Translations under genes and position numbers: made by a program
Notes under the pieces: generated by a model
Database searches by the model: none
Seen by the model: only the letters and a program-made list of their open reading frames with translations
Told to the model about the DNA's origin: nothing
Source: a virus
Taxonomy: Duplodnaviria > Caudoviricetes
Strand: one strand, 5' to 3'
Length of the DNA stretch: 59,819 bases
Virus record (IMG/VR): IMGVR_UViG_3300033149_006677
Coordinates: 1 to 59,819 of that record
Shown here: in pieces, positions 36,533 to 46,882 of the stretch
Layout: the number at the start of each line of letters is the position of its first letter
Numbering within the stretch: position 1 is the first letter of the stretch

Positions 36533-38299
36533 ATGAATCTGAACAGCTCGATCTTTGAACGCGGTCTTCCCTGTGATGCAGTAGGCTTACTGGTATACAT
36601 GTTATCCAAGCCGAAGGGCTGGAAATTCTCAATGAAAGAGCTCCAAGAGCAATGGGACATGGGGCGGACAAAGTTGAGGAGATTACTCAAGATTCTGCAA
36701 GACAAAGGATTCTTGGTACGCAAGATGCTCCACGACAAAGACGGGCGCATAGTTTGGGATTGGCAAGTTTACGATGAGCCACAAGAGATAGAGTCTACCA
36801 CCGACGGAAAATCGACCTATGGTAAATCTACCGTTGGGAAAAACACCACCGACCGAAAACCTGCCTATGGTTATTCTACCACTGAAGCTAGCATCGCCAC
36901 TGTAAATACCACCGACAGAAAACCGACCTATGGTAAACCAAAGACCTGCATCGAGGTAACCTGTTATCCTGAGTTTGCTGGTGTACTAACCAGGGATGCG
37001 ACCGCAGATGCTGAGTTCACAAACGGGTATACCAGAGGCGGAAAAGTAACCGACGGTGTGGAGATTCGGCGCTACGACATCGGCAACACCAGGGGTACAA
37101 AAACAACCGATGGCGCGGTAATTAATTATATAAATTATAATTCTCTAGAAAGTTTAATTAACTCTAGGGTTAATTTACCCGATTTAGGGAAGATTAACTC
37201 TACAGAGGTTAAAGATAGAATCCCTTCTGAGTGTAAAGGGTCTTCTGGAGATAAAATTACAAAAAGAATTTCTGGGGTTTGCGTTAGCAAACCCCAGAGC
37301 TCTCGGAGCTTTAGCTCCGAGAGCTTAAAGAATTATATATTTAACAACGCGCGCGCGCGCGATGGCGAATCTAACCGCATGCTTATCTGGAAAACGAACT
37401 TTGAAGGCCCTGAATTTGCTCATCGGCCTGATACAAGCGAGGCGGATCCAACGCTCAGAGAAAAAACGAGTGCGGATGCAGACGTTAACCCTTGGCGAGA
37501 TAACAGAACTGAGGAGCCAACTGTAAGGTTCATCCCGATAAGCGACATCGTGGAAATAATTCCCAAAGAAAAGGTTGTAAAATTCACTCCTGTGTGGAAG
37601 GCAGCTGGATTGGAATCCGAGCCCGAAGACATCCCGTGGTGGGAGGATCCCGAAACCGATGAAGCGCAAGAGAACCCCTCTTCCCTTGGTAACCAGAAAG
37701 AAGCAGGCATTCCTGCTATCGAGAGGAATTCCGAAAAAGCAGAGGATGAGAGCCCGCACGCTATTCAGCGTGCGGGCGAGGCGTCTACGACGCCTCAATC
37801 GCGATCTTTGTTTTCCGTTTCTGGCATGGATGTATCTTCGTGCAAAGACAAGAATTCACCAGACAAGATGCCAAGGGAAGGGAAGCGAGAGCTTTCACCG
37901 CATCAGGCGCTCTTCTCCGCCTTGGCAAGCGTCTGCAATATCGATTGGCGTCTAGCTACACAAGTACAAAAGGGGCAACTTAATCGTGAGAGCTCTCTCC
38001 TGCTCAAGGCTGGTATCACTCCCGACGATCTGTTCGAGTTCGGCGAATGGTGGGATAACCACTCTTGGCGGAGCAACATGCGAGGGCGATACAGACCCCC
38101 TGGCCCGTGTGAGGTACGAAAGGTTTGGGGGGAATTCGAGGCTTGGAAGGAGGAAAATGCTGAAAGAGGTGACATGACGGTACTTGATTTGCAAGAGGAG
38201 AGAACAGAGGTGTGGGATTTGAGTGAGAAGAGAACATTGGTGCTCGACCTATCGATCGGGAATGGGAAGATCATAAAGCGAACAGAAAGCGAGGGATAA
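36533..38299 (+). CDS. Replication initiator (wHTH N-terminus, internal iterons)
   Basis: GLLVYMLSKP..W..L...G.L wHTH; lies between primase and DnaB. Confidence 0.65.
   Translation: MNLNSSIFERGLPCDAVGLLVYMLSKPKGWKFSMKELQEQWDMGRTKLRRLLKILQDKGFLVRKMLHDKDGRIVWDWQVYDEPQEIESTTDGKSTYGKSTVGKNTTDRKPAYGYSTTEASIATVNTTDRKPTYGKPKTCIEVTCYPEFAGVLTRDATADAEFTNGYTRGGKVTDGVEIRRYDIGNTRGTKTTDGAVINYINYNSLESLINSRVNLPDLGKINSTEVKDRIPSECKGSSGDKITKRISGVCVSKPQSSRSFSSESLKNYIFNNARARDGESNRMLIWKTNFEGPEFAHRPDTSEADPTLREKTSADADVNPWRDNRTEEPTVRFIPISDIVEIIPKEKVVKFTPVWKAAGLESEPEDIPWWEDPETDEAQENPSSLGNQKEAGIPAIERNSEKAEDESPHAIQRAGEASTTPQSRSLFSVSGMDVSSCKDKNSPDKMPREGKRELSPHQALFSALASVCNIDWRLATQVQKGQLNRESSLLLKAGITPDDLFEFGEWWDNHSWRSNMRGRYRPPGPCEVRKVWGEFEAWKEENAERGDMTVLDLQEERTEVWDLSEKRTLVLDLSIGNGKIIKRTESEG
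36797..37212. repeat. Putative origin: three iterons plus AT-rich tract
   Basis: ACCACCGACnGAAAA-n4-CCTATGGT-like at 36797, 36845, 36908; AT-rich 37119-37212. Confidence 0.65.
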
Positions 38300-38300
38300 C

Positions 38301-39272
38301 ATGGCCGTTAAGAATCTCGATGCTATCATTCACGACCCCGCCACAATAGCCTCTTCCTGGTTGCAATTCGTAGAGCACAACAAGGATTTACCAGGGATAA
38401 CATGGGGCATCAAGGAGCTCGACGATGTAATCTTGCCGCTCAGACCTGGTGAGTTAGTTGTACTGATGGGCAGGCCAGGACATGGGAAAACGAGTCTTGC
38501 TTTGTGGTTGGCGCTGAAAGTAGCTAGAGAGATCAAGGCCGAGCAAGAGGAAAAGGATGAGATAGACAACAGGGTTGTCTGTATCTGCTCTTGGGAACAA
38601 ACAGTTGAGGAACTCGAAACGATAATTCAGAGCCGTGATGGGCTGACAACATCCGATCTGATCTGGGGCAATGTAGACGCCGATGCAATTCGGCGCCGCG
38701 TTGTTGACCGCGCTCGTCTCCCACTTTGGATAATCGGGTACAGCATGCAGCATGCTGGTGAAGAGATGCCGAGGATGACGCCCGATATTATATTCTCCGC
38801 GATCGAGGAGATGGAAAGGAAATACGACACGCATCCGAAGCCTGCCTTGGTGGTATTCGACTATCTACAGCTGATCCCAGTTCCAAGCGCAAGAGATCGT
38901 GTTAGAGAGGTTACAGAGGCTACTCTACGGGCAAAGGAATTGGCTTTGCGCATTGGCGCACCGATTATACTTTGCGTACAGGCATCCAGAGAAGCGGACA
39001 AGAGAAATCCCCCGATTCCCGCGCTTGGCGATTGTCAGTGGAGCTCTGGCGTGGAACAGGCTGCCGATCTTGTGCTTGCTGGTGTAAGGCCATTCCAAAT
39101 CAGTGGTTTACAAACCATAAAGCTGGATGATGGCAGAGAGGTCGAGGTTAACGAAAATGTCTTGATCCTGCGTGTTCTCAAACAGAGATTCGGAACCGGT
39201 TATGGTACGTTTGCACTTTACTTTGATCCCGCTCGACTTGTGTTGCAAAGCCTTACCGCTCAAACTATTTGA
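38301..39272 (+). CDS. dnaB: DnaB-like replicative helicase
   Basis: GRPGHGKT, DYLQLI, Q..R, EQAAD, KQRFG. Confidence 0.9.
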   Translation: MAVKNLDAIIHDPATIASSWLQFVEHNKDLPGITWGIKELDDVILPLRPGELVVLMGRPGHGKTSLALWLALKVAREIKAEQEEKDEIDNRVVCICSWEQTVEELETIIQSRDGLTTSDLIWGNVDADAIRRRVVDRARLPLWIIGYSMQHAGEEMPRMTPDIIFSAIEEMERKYDTHPKPALVVFDYLQLIPVPSARDRVREVTEATLRAKELALRIGAPIILCVQASREADKRNPPIPALGDCQWSSGVEQAADLVLAGVRPFQISGLQTIKLDDGREVEVNENVLILRVLKQRFGTGYGTFALYFDPARLVLQSLTAQTI

Positions 39273-39297
39273 CAAACGTCGCAAAGTATGCTATGGT
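39269..39297 (+). promoter_or_regulatory. Sigma70 promoter
   Basis: TTGACA-N17-TATGGT with TG. Confidence 0.7.
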
Positions 39298-39333
39298 ATA
39301 CCTGAAGGTAAAACCAAACTATAGGAGGGTGTC

Positions 39334-40266
39334 ATGGAAAAGCTAAAACTCGGTTCATTGGAAATTGCCTACGAAAAGGCTGAGGACTTGCCAGCGCTCT
39401 TTGAAAAGATGCGCAAACTCATGGCTTCTATTGGAGCGATGAAAAAGGATGGCAAGAACACATACTTTGGATACAAATTTGTATCCTATGAGGCGATGGC
39501 TGCGACCATCAGAGCTTCTCTGGTGAATGTTGGCCTTGCCTTTTTTGTGTGCATCGACGACGTTACGGTCGAGAATGGCAAAGAAACCACGGTGGTTGTT
39601 CGAGGTAGAGAGGAAAAGAGTGTGCCGCGCAATCATCGGCTTGTGACGGGGGCGTTGTATTTCGCAGATGTTAACACGGGTGCGATCGTGCGCGTGCCGT
39701 GGGCTGGTGAGTCATTCGATAGCTCTGACAAGGGCTTGGCTAAAGCCGCGACATTCTTGGAGAAGTACGGCTTGCTACGCAACATTCTTGGCACCGAAGA
39801 GGGCGAGGTTGATCCAGATATGGATGCCGATCTCGTTCATCACTCTAGGCCGGTGGTGAAAAAGAAAGGAGAGGATGAGCGATTTACGTATATGCTTGGG
39901 GCGATTGAGCCTGTAGCAAAGAGGCTGAAGTTAGATGCGGAAAAGCTTCTCTATGCTATCACTGGCAAAAAGACGTTCGAGGAATTGCTGCAACTGTTCC
40001 CTACGATTGCCAAAGAAAAGAAAAGCCTTAATGCGTTTATCGAGAGTATGGTGATGGCTGCTGAGGTGCTTTACGCATGTCACCAAGCGCGATCTGAGGG
40101 CTTGACCGTGCCGAAATTAGTGGAGGTGCTCAAAAACGAAAACATGCTATCTCGGTACGATGAGAAATATGGTCGGGCCAATATCCTGTTCATCAACAGG
40201 CAAGCTGGTATTGAAGACATCGTGGATGTTTGGGTTAGTGCTGGCGAGGAGTTAGGAGGACTATGA
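39334..40266 (+). CDS. ERF-family single-strand annealing protein
   Basis: K.G.N..GY.F, D..DKG..KA.T...KY, DPD. Confidence 0.75.
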   Translation: MEKLKLGSLEIAYEKAEDLPALFEKMRKLMASIGAMKKDGKNTYFGYKFVSYEAMAATIRASLVNVGLAFFVCIDDVTVENGKETTVVVRGREEKSVPRNHRLVTGALYFADVNTGAIVRVPWAGESFDSSDKGLAKAATFLEKYGLLRNILGTEEGEVDPDMDADLVHHSRPVVKKKGEDERFTYMLGAIEPVAKRLKLDAEKLLYAITGKKTFEELLQLFPTIAKEKKSLNAFIESMVMAAEVLYACHQARSEGLTVPKLVEVLKNENMLSRYDEKYGRANILFINRQAGIEDIVDVWVSAGEELGGL

Positions 40267-41366
40267 GAATGAAGGTATCGCGTAACGTTTTGAACTACGG
40301 CTTGAACTTGGTATCCAGGGTTGTGCCGACGCGTGCTGGGCTGCCGATTTACACGTGTGTGCTTTTTGATGCGTCACCAGATGGGCTTGTGCTGACGGGT
40401 ACGGATGTAGAGAGAACCATTCGGTGCAAGCTGCCAGCGGATGTGGATGAGGGCTTTACTGTGGCTGTCGGCTGTCGTCTTCTGCGTGACTTGGTAAAAG
40501 CGATGACCGCTGATGATATAGATGTCAACATAGAGGGCAAAAGCATGGTGCTGAAGTCAGAGCACATGCGATATACATTGGACATCATGAGAGCTGAGGA
40601 TTTCCCAGAGTTTGTGATGCCAGAAGTTGAGCCCGTAGTGGCTATGTTATCTGATCTAGCTGCTGCTATCAAGCAGGTGTCGTTTGCGGCGTCATCTGAG
40701 GTGTCGCGGCCTGTTCTCACGGGTGTTCACATGGTGCTTGATGGGGAAAGGCTTGAGCTTGGTGCTGCGGATGGATACCGTCTATCCAGGACGAAAATAG
40801 ACGCGCATGGCAAGCCGTTTGATGTGATTGTGCCTGTCGGTGCGTTACGCGAGCTTGCTGTGCTGGCAGATGTGAGCGAGGTGGTTGAGATCAGGCTAGC
40901 CCCGAATCGTCCACAAATCGTATTTGACATTGGCGATATTATCATCGCGTCTCAGCTGTTGGAGGGGGCTTATCCAGATTTTGACGCGATTATTCCAAAG
41001 GAGCATAAAGTTTCTGTAAAGATGGACAAGGGGCGATTCGCTTCTGCGGTTCGGGCTGCGTCTATTCTGTCATCTAGATCGGAGGTGTCGAGGATATTAA
41101 AGAGCTCCTATATCGATCTAGAGATAACAGGCGATGGCGTCATCGTTAAGAGTGGGGTTTCTGGTGTTGGTAGCATGGTTAGTCAGGTGCCTGCTACAGT
41201 AGAGGGTGAGGCGATGTCACTATCCGTGGCGGCGCGGTTTTTGCAAGATGCTTTAGGCGCGATAGAAGAAGATGAGGTTAGTATCTATTTGCAAGAACCG
41301 TTGGCGCCGATGCTTATCTTAGGTGGCGAATTTCCAGAGCAAGTGGTTATGCCAGCTAGTAGGTGA
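40263..41366 (+). CDS. dnaN: DNA polymerase III beta sliding clamp
   Basis: 367 aa, GTD.E, DFP, RPVLTGV, ADGYRL, EG.YPD, VVMP. Confidence 0.95.
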   Translation: MRMKVSRNVLNYGLNLVSRVVPTRAGLPIYTCVLFDASPDGLVLTGTDVERTIRCKLPADVDEGFTVAVGCRLLRDLVKAMTADDIDVNIEGKSMVLKSEHMRYTLDIMRAEDFPEFVMPEVEPVVAMLSDLAAAIKQVSFAASSEVSRPVLTGVHMVLDGERLELGAADGYRLSRTKIDAHGKPFDVIVPVGALRELAVLADVSEVVEIRLAPNRPQIVFDIGDIIIASQLLEGAYPDFDAIIPKEHKVSVKMDKGRFASAVRAASILSSRSEVSRILKSSYIDLEITGDGVIVKSGVSGVGSMVSQVPATVEGEAMSLSVAARFLQDALGAIEEDEVSIYLQEPLAPMLILGGEFPEQVVMPASR

Positions 41367-41533
41367 AGGATCATGAATGAAGGTTTTGTTCAAATCGAGG
41401 AAAAGATCGACGAGCTCATGGCCTATATGGTGGCCGTGGGAGTGGTAAAAACGATCGGTGAGATTAGGAAGATAAAGGAATTGGCCGAGGAAATTATTAG
41501 GGCCTGCGAGCAAGTGGAGGAGAATGCCGAGGG

Positions 41534-41839
41534 ATGAGGATAGCCATACACTTTTTGCTCATCGTTCTGATAAACATGGCGATAAGTGGAAAGGTGCGAA
41601 ACTTTTCGGCAAGCGTCTTTCTGTCTGGATTCTTGAGCTATCTACTCATAATGTTCATGGGTACGGTACTGAAATTCAAATTGGATCAGTGGTCTGAAGT
41701 CTGCTTTTGGTTACTTGGAATGTTTCTGAGTATAATTATCTGGCGCAATTCGAGCGCTAGCGATTCGGTTATATTGATAGTTACGCTTCTCATATCGCTT
41801 ATTGCCTGTGTGATTCTGCGGGCAATCTTTATGCTTTAG
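41534..41839 (+). CDS. Small membrane protein
   Basis: About 4 hydrophobic segments. Confidence 0.55.
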   Translation: MRIAIHFLLIVLINMAISGKVRNFSASVFLSGFLSYLLIMFMGTVLKFKLDQWSEVCFWLLGMFLSIIIWRNSSASDSVILIVTLLISLIACVILRAIFML

Positions 41840-41848
41840 GAAGGTAGA

Positions 41849-42244
41849 ATGTACAGTACAGCATTTATTATTGGGAATCTTGGTCGCGATCCAGAGCTTA
41901 GATATACAGCCAAGGGTACACCTGTCGCGCAATTGAATGTAGCGGTTACTAATGGTTATGGTGATAATCAGGAGACGGTGTGGTACACCGTCTCCGTCTT
42001 TGGTCGAATGGCTGAGCTGTGTGTGGAGTATCTGAAAACTGGTAGTATGGTGCACATTCGGGGGACAATTCGGAAGCCGTATGCGTATCTGTCGAGGGAT
42101 AATGAGCCGAGAGCAATCCTACAGATGGTTGCGCATGACATAAAATTCTTGTCTGGGATAAAGCGGAAGAGCACGAAAACAGAGAGCAAATTGCCGAAGG
42201 CGATAGAGGAAGCCGCGGAGGGTACGGAAGACATTCCATTCTAG
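41849..42244 (+). CDS. ssb: Single-stranded DNA-binding protein
   Basis: IGNLGRDPELRYT..G, C-terminal DIPF. Confidence 0.95.
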   Translation: MYSTAFIIGNLGRDPELRYTAKGTPVAQLNVAVTNGYGDNQETVWYTVSVFGRMAELCVEYLKTGSMVHIRGTIRKPYAYLSRDNEPRAILQMVAHDIKFLSGIKRKSTKTESKLPKAIEEAAEGTEDIPF

Positions 42245-42256
42245 GCAGGATGTCCT

Positions 42257-42595
42257 ATGCCGTATCGAAACAAAGAAGATAAGATCAATGAGGCCATAGA
42301 CAAAGTCGTATTTGAGGGCTTAACCGTTGGTAAAGCGGCCAAGGCGGTAGGTATCTATGATTCTAGTATTTACAGGTACCTAAAGAAGCACGGTATGAAT
42401 TCTACAATGCTTCTAGCCATGTCGAGGGCCATTCATGCACGGCAGGAGGGCAGATGTGATTTGTGCGGTATACTAGAAAGCGAAGATGATTCACCACATA
42501 TCAATGGACGCTGTGAGGTTTGTCGCAGCGTTTATGGCGATGCGCCTGTCGCAGAAGTCATGAGGAGAATTCTATTTCTGATAGATAATGCCTGA
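42257..42595 (+). CDS. HTH + Zn-finger protein
   Basis: AAKAVGI...IYRY, CDLC...CEVC. Confidence 0.6.
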   Translation: MPYRNKEDKINEAIDKVVFEGLTVGKAAKAVGIYDSSIYRYLKKHGMNSTMLLAMSRAIHARQEGRCDLCGILESEDDSPHINGRCEVCRSVYGDAPVAEVMRRILFLIDNA

Positions 42596-42893
42596 TAAAG
42601 CAGATCGTAACACGAAAGAACTAGATAATGCGTTAGAACGTCTTGGTTGGTCGCTGATCAAGACACACGGTGTTGGTCGCTCCGCAATGCTTGGTGGTTT
42701 TCCAGATCGCATAGGCGTAAGGGATTGGCACATCTGCTTTTTCGAATACAAGTCTATAAATGGTAAACTCACGCCGGCGCAAAAGAAATTTAGGGATACG
42801 TATGCGGCGCCGTATGTGATTTTACGCAAGCCTGATGATGCAGTCTGGTTTACGCAAGAGGTATGGCCGTGGATAGTGAAAAATTGCGGTTGA
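42588..42893 (+). CDS. VRR-NUC/PD-(D/E)XK resolvase-like nuclease
   Basis: GFPD...FEYK..GKLT..Q. Confidence 0.8.
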   Translation: MPDKADRNTKELDNALERLGWSLIKTHGVGRSAMLGGFPDRIGVRDWHICFFEYKSINGKLTPAQKKFRDTYAAPYVILRKPDDAVWFTQEVWPWIVKNCG

Positions 42894-43186
42894 AGGTACT
42901 AGAGCGGGATAGTTATCTCTGCATCAATTGTCTGTGTGAAGGGCGACTGAAGCAGGCGGAGGATGTGCATCATATTGTTCACCGCGGAAAGGCGCCCGAA
43001 TCGCTTATCTGGCGATTAGAGAATATGATTTCGTTATGTCGAGATTGCCACAACAGGGCCAATTCTAAGGAAGCAAAATTACGGCATCTGCGTTTCATGG
43101 AAAAGCGATATGGTTACAAATATGAGGAACAACCATGGATCGGGATACTGGGGCGAGCGTCTTTGCGCAAAGATATTTTGCCCTAA
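42863..43186 (+). CDS. HNH endonuclease
   Basis: RD.YLC..C, VHHI, N...LC..CH. Confidence 0.85.
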   Translation: MAVDSEKLRLKVLERDSYLCINCLCEGRLKQAEDVHHIVHRGKAPESLIWRLENMISLCRDCHNRANSKEAKLRHLRFMEKRYGYKYEEQPWIGILGRASLRKDILP

Positions 43187-43187
43187 C

Positions 43188-43216
43188 TTGACAAACTCAG
43201 CAAAGTGTGCTATAGT
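43188..43216 (+). promoter_or_regulatory. Sigma70 promoter
   Basis: TTGACA-N17-TATAGT with TG. Confidence 0.8.
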
Positions 43217-43379
43217 ATAGTTGTCAAGCGAAAAAGCCTGGTCTAGTCTTCCGTAGGGAGGACTATATTATAAAAAATTCCTGGTATCTAGAGCCATCAA
43301 GTGAAGAGAAAACGCCAACCAAGTGGGGATAAGATGACCAGGGCTTATCCCCATACAAGCAAAAGAAAGCGAGGCCAGA

Positions 43380-43721
43380 ATGAGCGATCTTTATGTCCAT
43401 CTCGTAGACCAAGAGGGGTATTCAGAGGCTGAGGCTGCCGAAGCCGTGGATTTAGCCGTACAAGATCATACAGCTTGGCGAGCTAAGGCAAGGAGGATGG
43501 CAAAGAAAAGGATGAGGGAAAAGCCGATCGACCAGGAATTGTACAGGCTGGCGCAGAATCTTGAGGATATGGCACTGCTATTGAGCAACATCCCTGAAAA
43601 GGGTGCCGAGCGGGACACGGTGTTGGAGGTGATCAAGTATGACATGAAAGGGATGGCGATGAAGTTCGGTGAGATGATCGATGAGCTAGACAAAGAGATG
43701 GGCAATGGGCGATGGGGGTGA
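43380..43721 (+). CDS. Hypothetical protein
   Basis: First ORF after structured leader. Confidence 0.6.
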   Translation: MSDLYVHLVDQEGYSEAEAAEAVDLAVQDHTAWRAKARRMAKKRMREKPIDQELYRLAQNLEDMALLLSNIPEKGAERDTVLEVIKYDMKGMAMKFGEMIDELDKEMGNGRWG

Positions 43722-43724
43722 AGG

Positions 43725-43961
43725 ATGCCAGATATTGCTACCATAAACGAAAAGCTGGATGACTATGCAGAGCAGCTAGCTATGCTATCCGACATAATCA
43801 AGGGTCGTAACTACATGTTGGATAGTGCAGGGCAAAAGGAATTGTGCCAGTTTATTATTGAGGATGTGCACAATATCATTATGGCGTCACTATTAGTGTA
43901 CATCGATCTGAAAGAGGTTGTAGAGGAGGGTGCAAATGAGCGCTCTGTCAGTAATCGGTAG
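43725..43961 (+). CDS. Hypothetical protein
   Basis: ORF in operon. Confidence 0.55.
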   Translation: MPDIATINEKLDDYAEQLAMLSDIIKGRNYMLDSAGQKELCQFIIEDVHNIIMASLLVYIDLKEVVEEGANERSVSNR

Positions 43962-44036
43962 TTTCTGTTGTGGCTTTTTGGTGCTCTGCATGTTGCTATT
44001 CGCGATTGACGTTATGTTGAGGGGAAGGGGCATGTA

Positions 44037-44495
44037 ATGGTTGCGGAAAAGAGGCACAATGGCTTACTGCTCTTTTTCGTCGCCGGCATCGTTATTGCTC
44101 TGGTTTGGCTTAGTTGTGTGCCGAGCACATGTGTACAGAAGACGACTGTTCTAATGGGTGATATACGTGTAAAGCTACGTGCCGACAACCATGCGTTTGA
44201 GAAACATGGGACTTCGGCGTGGGACTATCTTCGGAAGCACAATTACCAAGAGGTGTGGCACAGTGAAAAAAGGCAAGCATTTATGGTAGATCATTGTGAC
44301 GTGCGCACGAATATGTGCGCCGTTATGTTTTTAGGGGCGAGGGATTTAAAGACCAGCAATCTGAGCCTCTTAACCAGAGCTGAGCTGGATGCGCTTATAG
44401 ACAATCGCCTACAGTTGACGTGCTTTTGGATGCCACGGGCGCGTCTGCTTCGTAAGGCTGCAATAGATCGGTACGTAAGATTATGGCCGAGGTGA
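44037..44495 (+). CDS. Secreted/membrane-anchored protein
   Basis: N-terminal hydrophobic helix, HA..KHG. Confidence 0.55.
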   Translation: MVAEKRHNGLLLFFVAGIVIALVWLSCVPSTCVQKTTVLMGDIRVKLRADNHAFEKHGTSAWDYLRKHNYQEVWHSEKRQAFMVDHCDVRTNMCAVMFLGARDLKTSNLSLLTRAELDALIDNRLQLTCFWMPRARLLRKAAIDRYVRLWPR

Positions 44496-44502
44496 TAAGG
44501 CA

Positions 44503-44967
44503 ATGGACTTTGTATTTGATGCACCTTCTCGATTGGATGAAATAAAGAATCTCGAAAATTCATGCGTCATAGATGGCGGATTTACCGTAGAGTATTCCTT
44601 TGATCGTCAGTGTTGGAAGTCTTTGGATGTTGAGTCGGCCACTTTGTTTCCTGACGATGTCCGTATTATTTGGAGTAGGTGGTTTGGGCCATTTAGGGTC
44701 AAGTGGCATAAAAGCGAGCCTAGGGTAGTGGCTACCACACGTGACACGGCCGCAATAGATTTATTCAGGGCAGCTAGTGTTTGTAATGTGCCGTGGTGGA
44801 TTCGGTGTTCGGGAGAAATTATAGAGGCCCTACTTACAGGAGAGCCCGATCATTTTCTGTATATCATGTGTTATGGCATGTATGTCGAGGACACCAAGAT
44901 AGAGGATGGATATTGTGTGGTGACTGTCTCTATGAGCGGTCCGAGATGTTATATCGAGAGTAGTTAG
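44503..44967 (+). CDS. Hypothetical protein
   Basis: ORF with GAGGTG RBS. Confidence 0.55.
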   Translation: MDFVFDAPSRLDEIKNLENSCVIDGGFTVEYSFDRQCWKSLDVESATLFPDDVRIIWSRWFGPFRVKWHKSEPRVVATTRDTAAIDLFRAASVCNVPWWIRCSGEIIEALLTGEPDHFLYIMCYGMYVEDTKIEDGYCVVTVSMSGPRCYIESS

Positions 44968-44977
44968 GAGGATTACT

Positions 44978-45463
44978 ATGGCTGAAGAGATTCTTGCGCC
45001 CGCCCCCATTCCCGAAACAGAGAAATGCAAAGTCTTTCTATCGGGATCGATAGAAATGGGGACCGCCCATAAATGGCGGAGAAAAATTATTGATGCACTG
45101 TTGAGTGAGCGCGTTGTTTTTCTCAACCCGCGGAGGGAAGACTGGGATTCGTCTTGGTCACAGAGCGTTGATAATCCAGCCTTTGTTGAGCAAGTGGAAT
45201 GGGAACTTGCCGGTTTGGAGCAAGCAGATGTAATCGCCGTGCATTTCCAACCAGGCACAAAAAGCTCCATCACACTCTTAGAGCTCGGCTTGTGGGCTGT
45301 TGAGTGTAGGAGGGGTGATAAGAAAATTATCGTGCATTGTCCCGAAGGCTTCTGGCGCAAGGGGAACGTGGATATTGTGTGTAAACGATATGGTATCCGA
45401 CAGGTTGACTCAGTGGATGAGCTTATTGAGGCATTAAGAGAAGCGATTCATCGGCGTGGGTAA
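44978..45463 (+). CDS. Nucleoside 2-deoxyribosyltransferase-like protein
   Basis: VFLSGSI...W, NPRR, QVEWE, S.ITLLELG, F.RKGNV. Confidence 0.85.
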   Translation: MAEEILAPAPIPETEKCKVFLSGSIEMGTAHKWRRKIIDALLSERVVFLNPRREDWDSSWSQSVDNPAFVEQVEWELAGLEQADVIAVHFQPGTKSSITLLELGLWAVECRRGDKKIIVHCPEGFWRKGNVDIVCKRYGIRQVDSVDELIEALREAIHRRG

Positions 45464-45484
45464 AGATAGGTATCTAGGTACTAC

Positions 45485-45937
45485 ATGACCAAGATAGGAG
45501 GAATGAGAGTGAGGTTCTTTGTTATTCTGAACGTGAAGAATCTTGAAAAGGGAGAGCAGGTATGGCCGAAGGATAAGCCTGGTGGGCTCGCACTTGTGGA
45601 CAGGATTCGAGAAGAGTATCCGCAGGTGTCGCTCTCTGACATCGTTTCCGAGCCCATTCAGCGCTACAGACAGAAAGGCAAACGCGTAGCGATAGAGATC
45701 CATGATGAGGGACTTATCCGAGAGATCGGTAGGCGCTCTGGCGCATTCATGAACCACAATGCTGTTGAGGTTGATGTTAGCCTTGGGCTTTTGCAGGAGC
45801 GTTATTTGATTTGGGATGTGAAGCGAAGTGATTACGGGACGCTCCTGGTCGCCGAGATTTTGATGGATAAGTTTATTCTCGATTGGTTTGGGCGGATTCG
45901 CTGGCGCCCAGTAAAAGTGAAGTCATGGATGCTATAG
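45485..45937 (+). CDS. Hypothetical protein, distant paralog of 2522/3022 family
   Basis: GGL.L.D..R..Y motif. Confidence 0.55.
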   Translation: MTKIGGMRVRFFVILNVKNLEKGEQVWPKDKPGGLALVDRIREEYPQVSLSDIVSEPIQRYRQKGKRVAIEIHDEGLIREIGRRSGAFMNHNAVEVDVSLGLLQERYLIWDVKRSDYGTLLVAEILMDKFILDWFGRIRWRPVKVKSWML

Positions 45938-46188
45938 TTTAAGTGGTGAGGTGCTGAATGCTGGGCGTAAGTGAATGCCGGTTGGTCATTCGGTTGGCAT
46001 CAGAGCTTGCTGAGTGTTTGAGAAAATACGACAAATTGAATGCTCGTAGTGATGATATCGAGCCGAGGGCATCGGCTGATATGCTGAATACTATGGAGAG
46101 GGAGATTGCTTCTCTCATGGGCGAGATCGAAACCGCTACGGTTGATTTTTGGGGTAGCAATGCTTGGCTGTTTGAAGAATGATGATAA

Positions 46189-46851
46189 ATGGAGGAGAAA
46201 ACTAAAGTGGGGATGTTAGTCTACACCTTTGGTTACCAGGGGCGCGATCCGCAAGAGTTGCTAATGTTGTCGAGGCGACATAAGGCTGCAATAATCGATG
46301 TGCGCTATCATCCGCTGTCCGAGGACAAGCGGTGGAACAAGGGTGCGCTCAAAAGGCTGTTTCGAGAGCACTATTTTTGGATCCGCGATTTCGCAAGCGT
46401 CCGCGATGTGTGTGATGGCAAGGCGAGAATCGTGAATTTTTGGAGTGGTGTGAAGAAGTTGAGAGAGCTTTATTATTGCTCATATATACTTCTTTGCGAG
46501 GAAGAGCATCCAGATGACTGTCATAGAACGACCGTCGCCAAGTGGTTAGACGAAGAAGTGGCTGGATTTGAGTACAAGGGCGACATGGGCAATATGGATG
46601 TTGTCTTTGTGGAATCGGTGGTCTTTAGCTGGTTAGTGTCATTGACCAAGCGCCGCGGAGAAAGCGGGAGAAATCCGCGCCTCGGCTTTACAAAGGTAAT
46701 CTCTGGTTGGTGCGTTATTCCTGGCTGTGAGAAGCAACCATACATTGGGATTGAGATGTATGGAACCGACAAGGAAATTCGCAGGATGGTTGATAAGGCT
46801 ATACAGAGGCGGTTTGCTCAAGCGTATGTACATGTTTTCGAGAAGGGGTAG
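46189..46851 (+). CDS. DUF488-family protein
   Basis: YTFGY, DVR..P.S, LLC.E....CHR. Confidence 0.75.
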   Translation: MEEKTKVGMLVYTFGYQGRDPQELLMLSRRHKAAIIDVRYHPLSEDKRWNKGALKRLFREHYFWIRDFASVRDVCDGKARIVNFWSGVKKLRELYYCSYILLCEEEHPDDCHRTTVAKWLDEEVAGFEYKGDMGNMDVVFVESVVFSWLVSLTKRRGESGRNPRLGFTKVISGWCVIPGCEKQPYIGIEMYGTDKEIRRMVDKAIQRRFAQAYVHVFEKG

Positions 46852-46882
46852 TAATGCTTGGCTGTTTGGAGAATGATGATAA

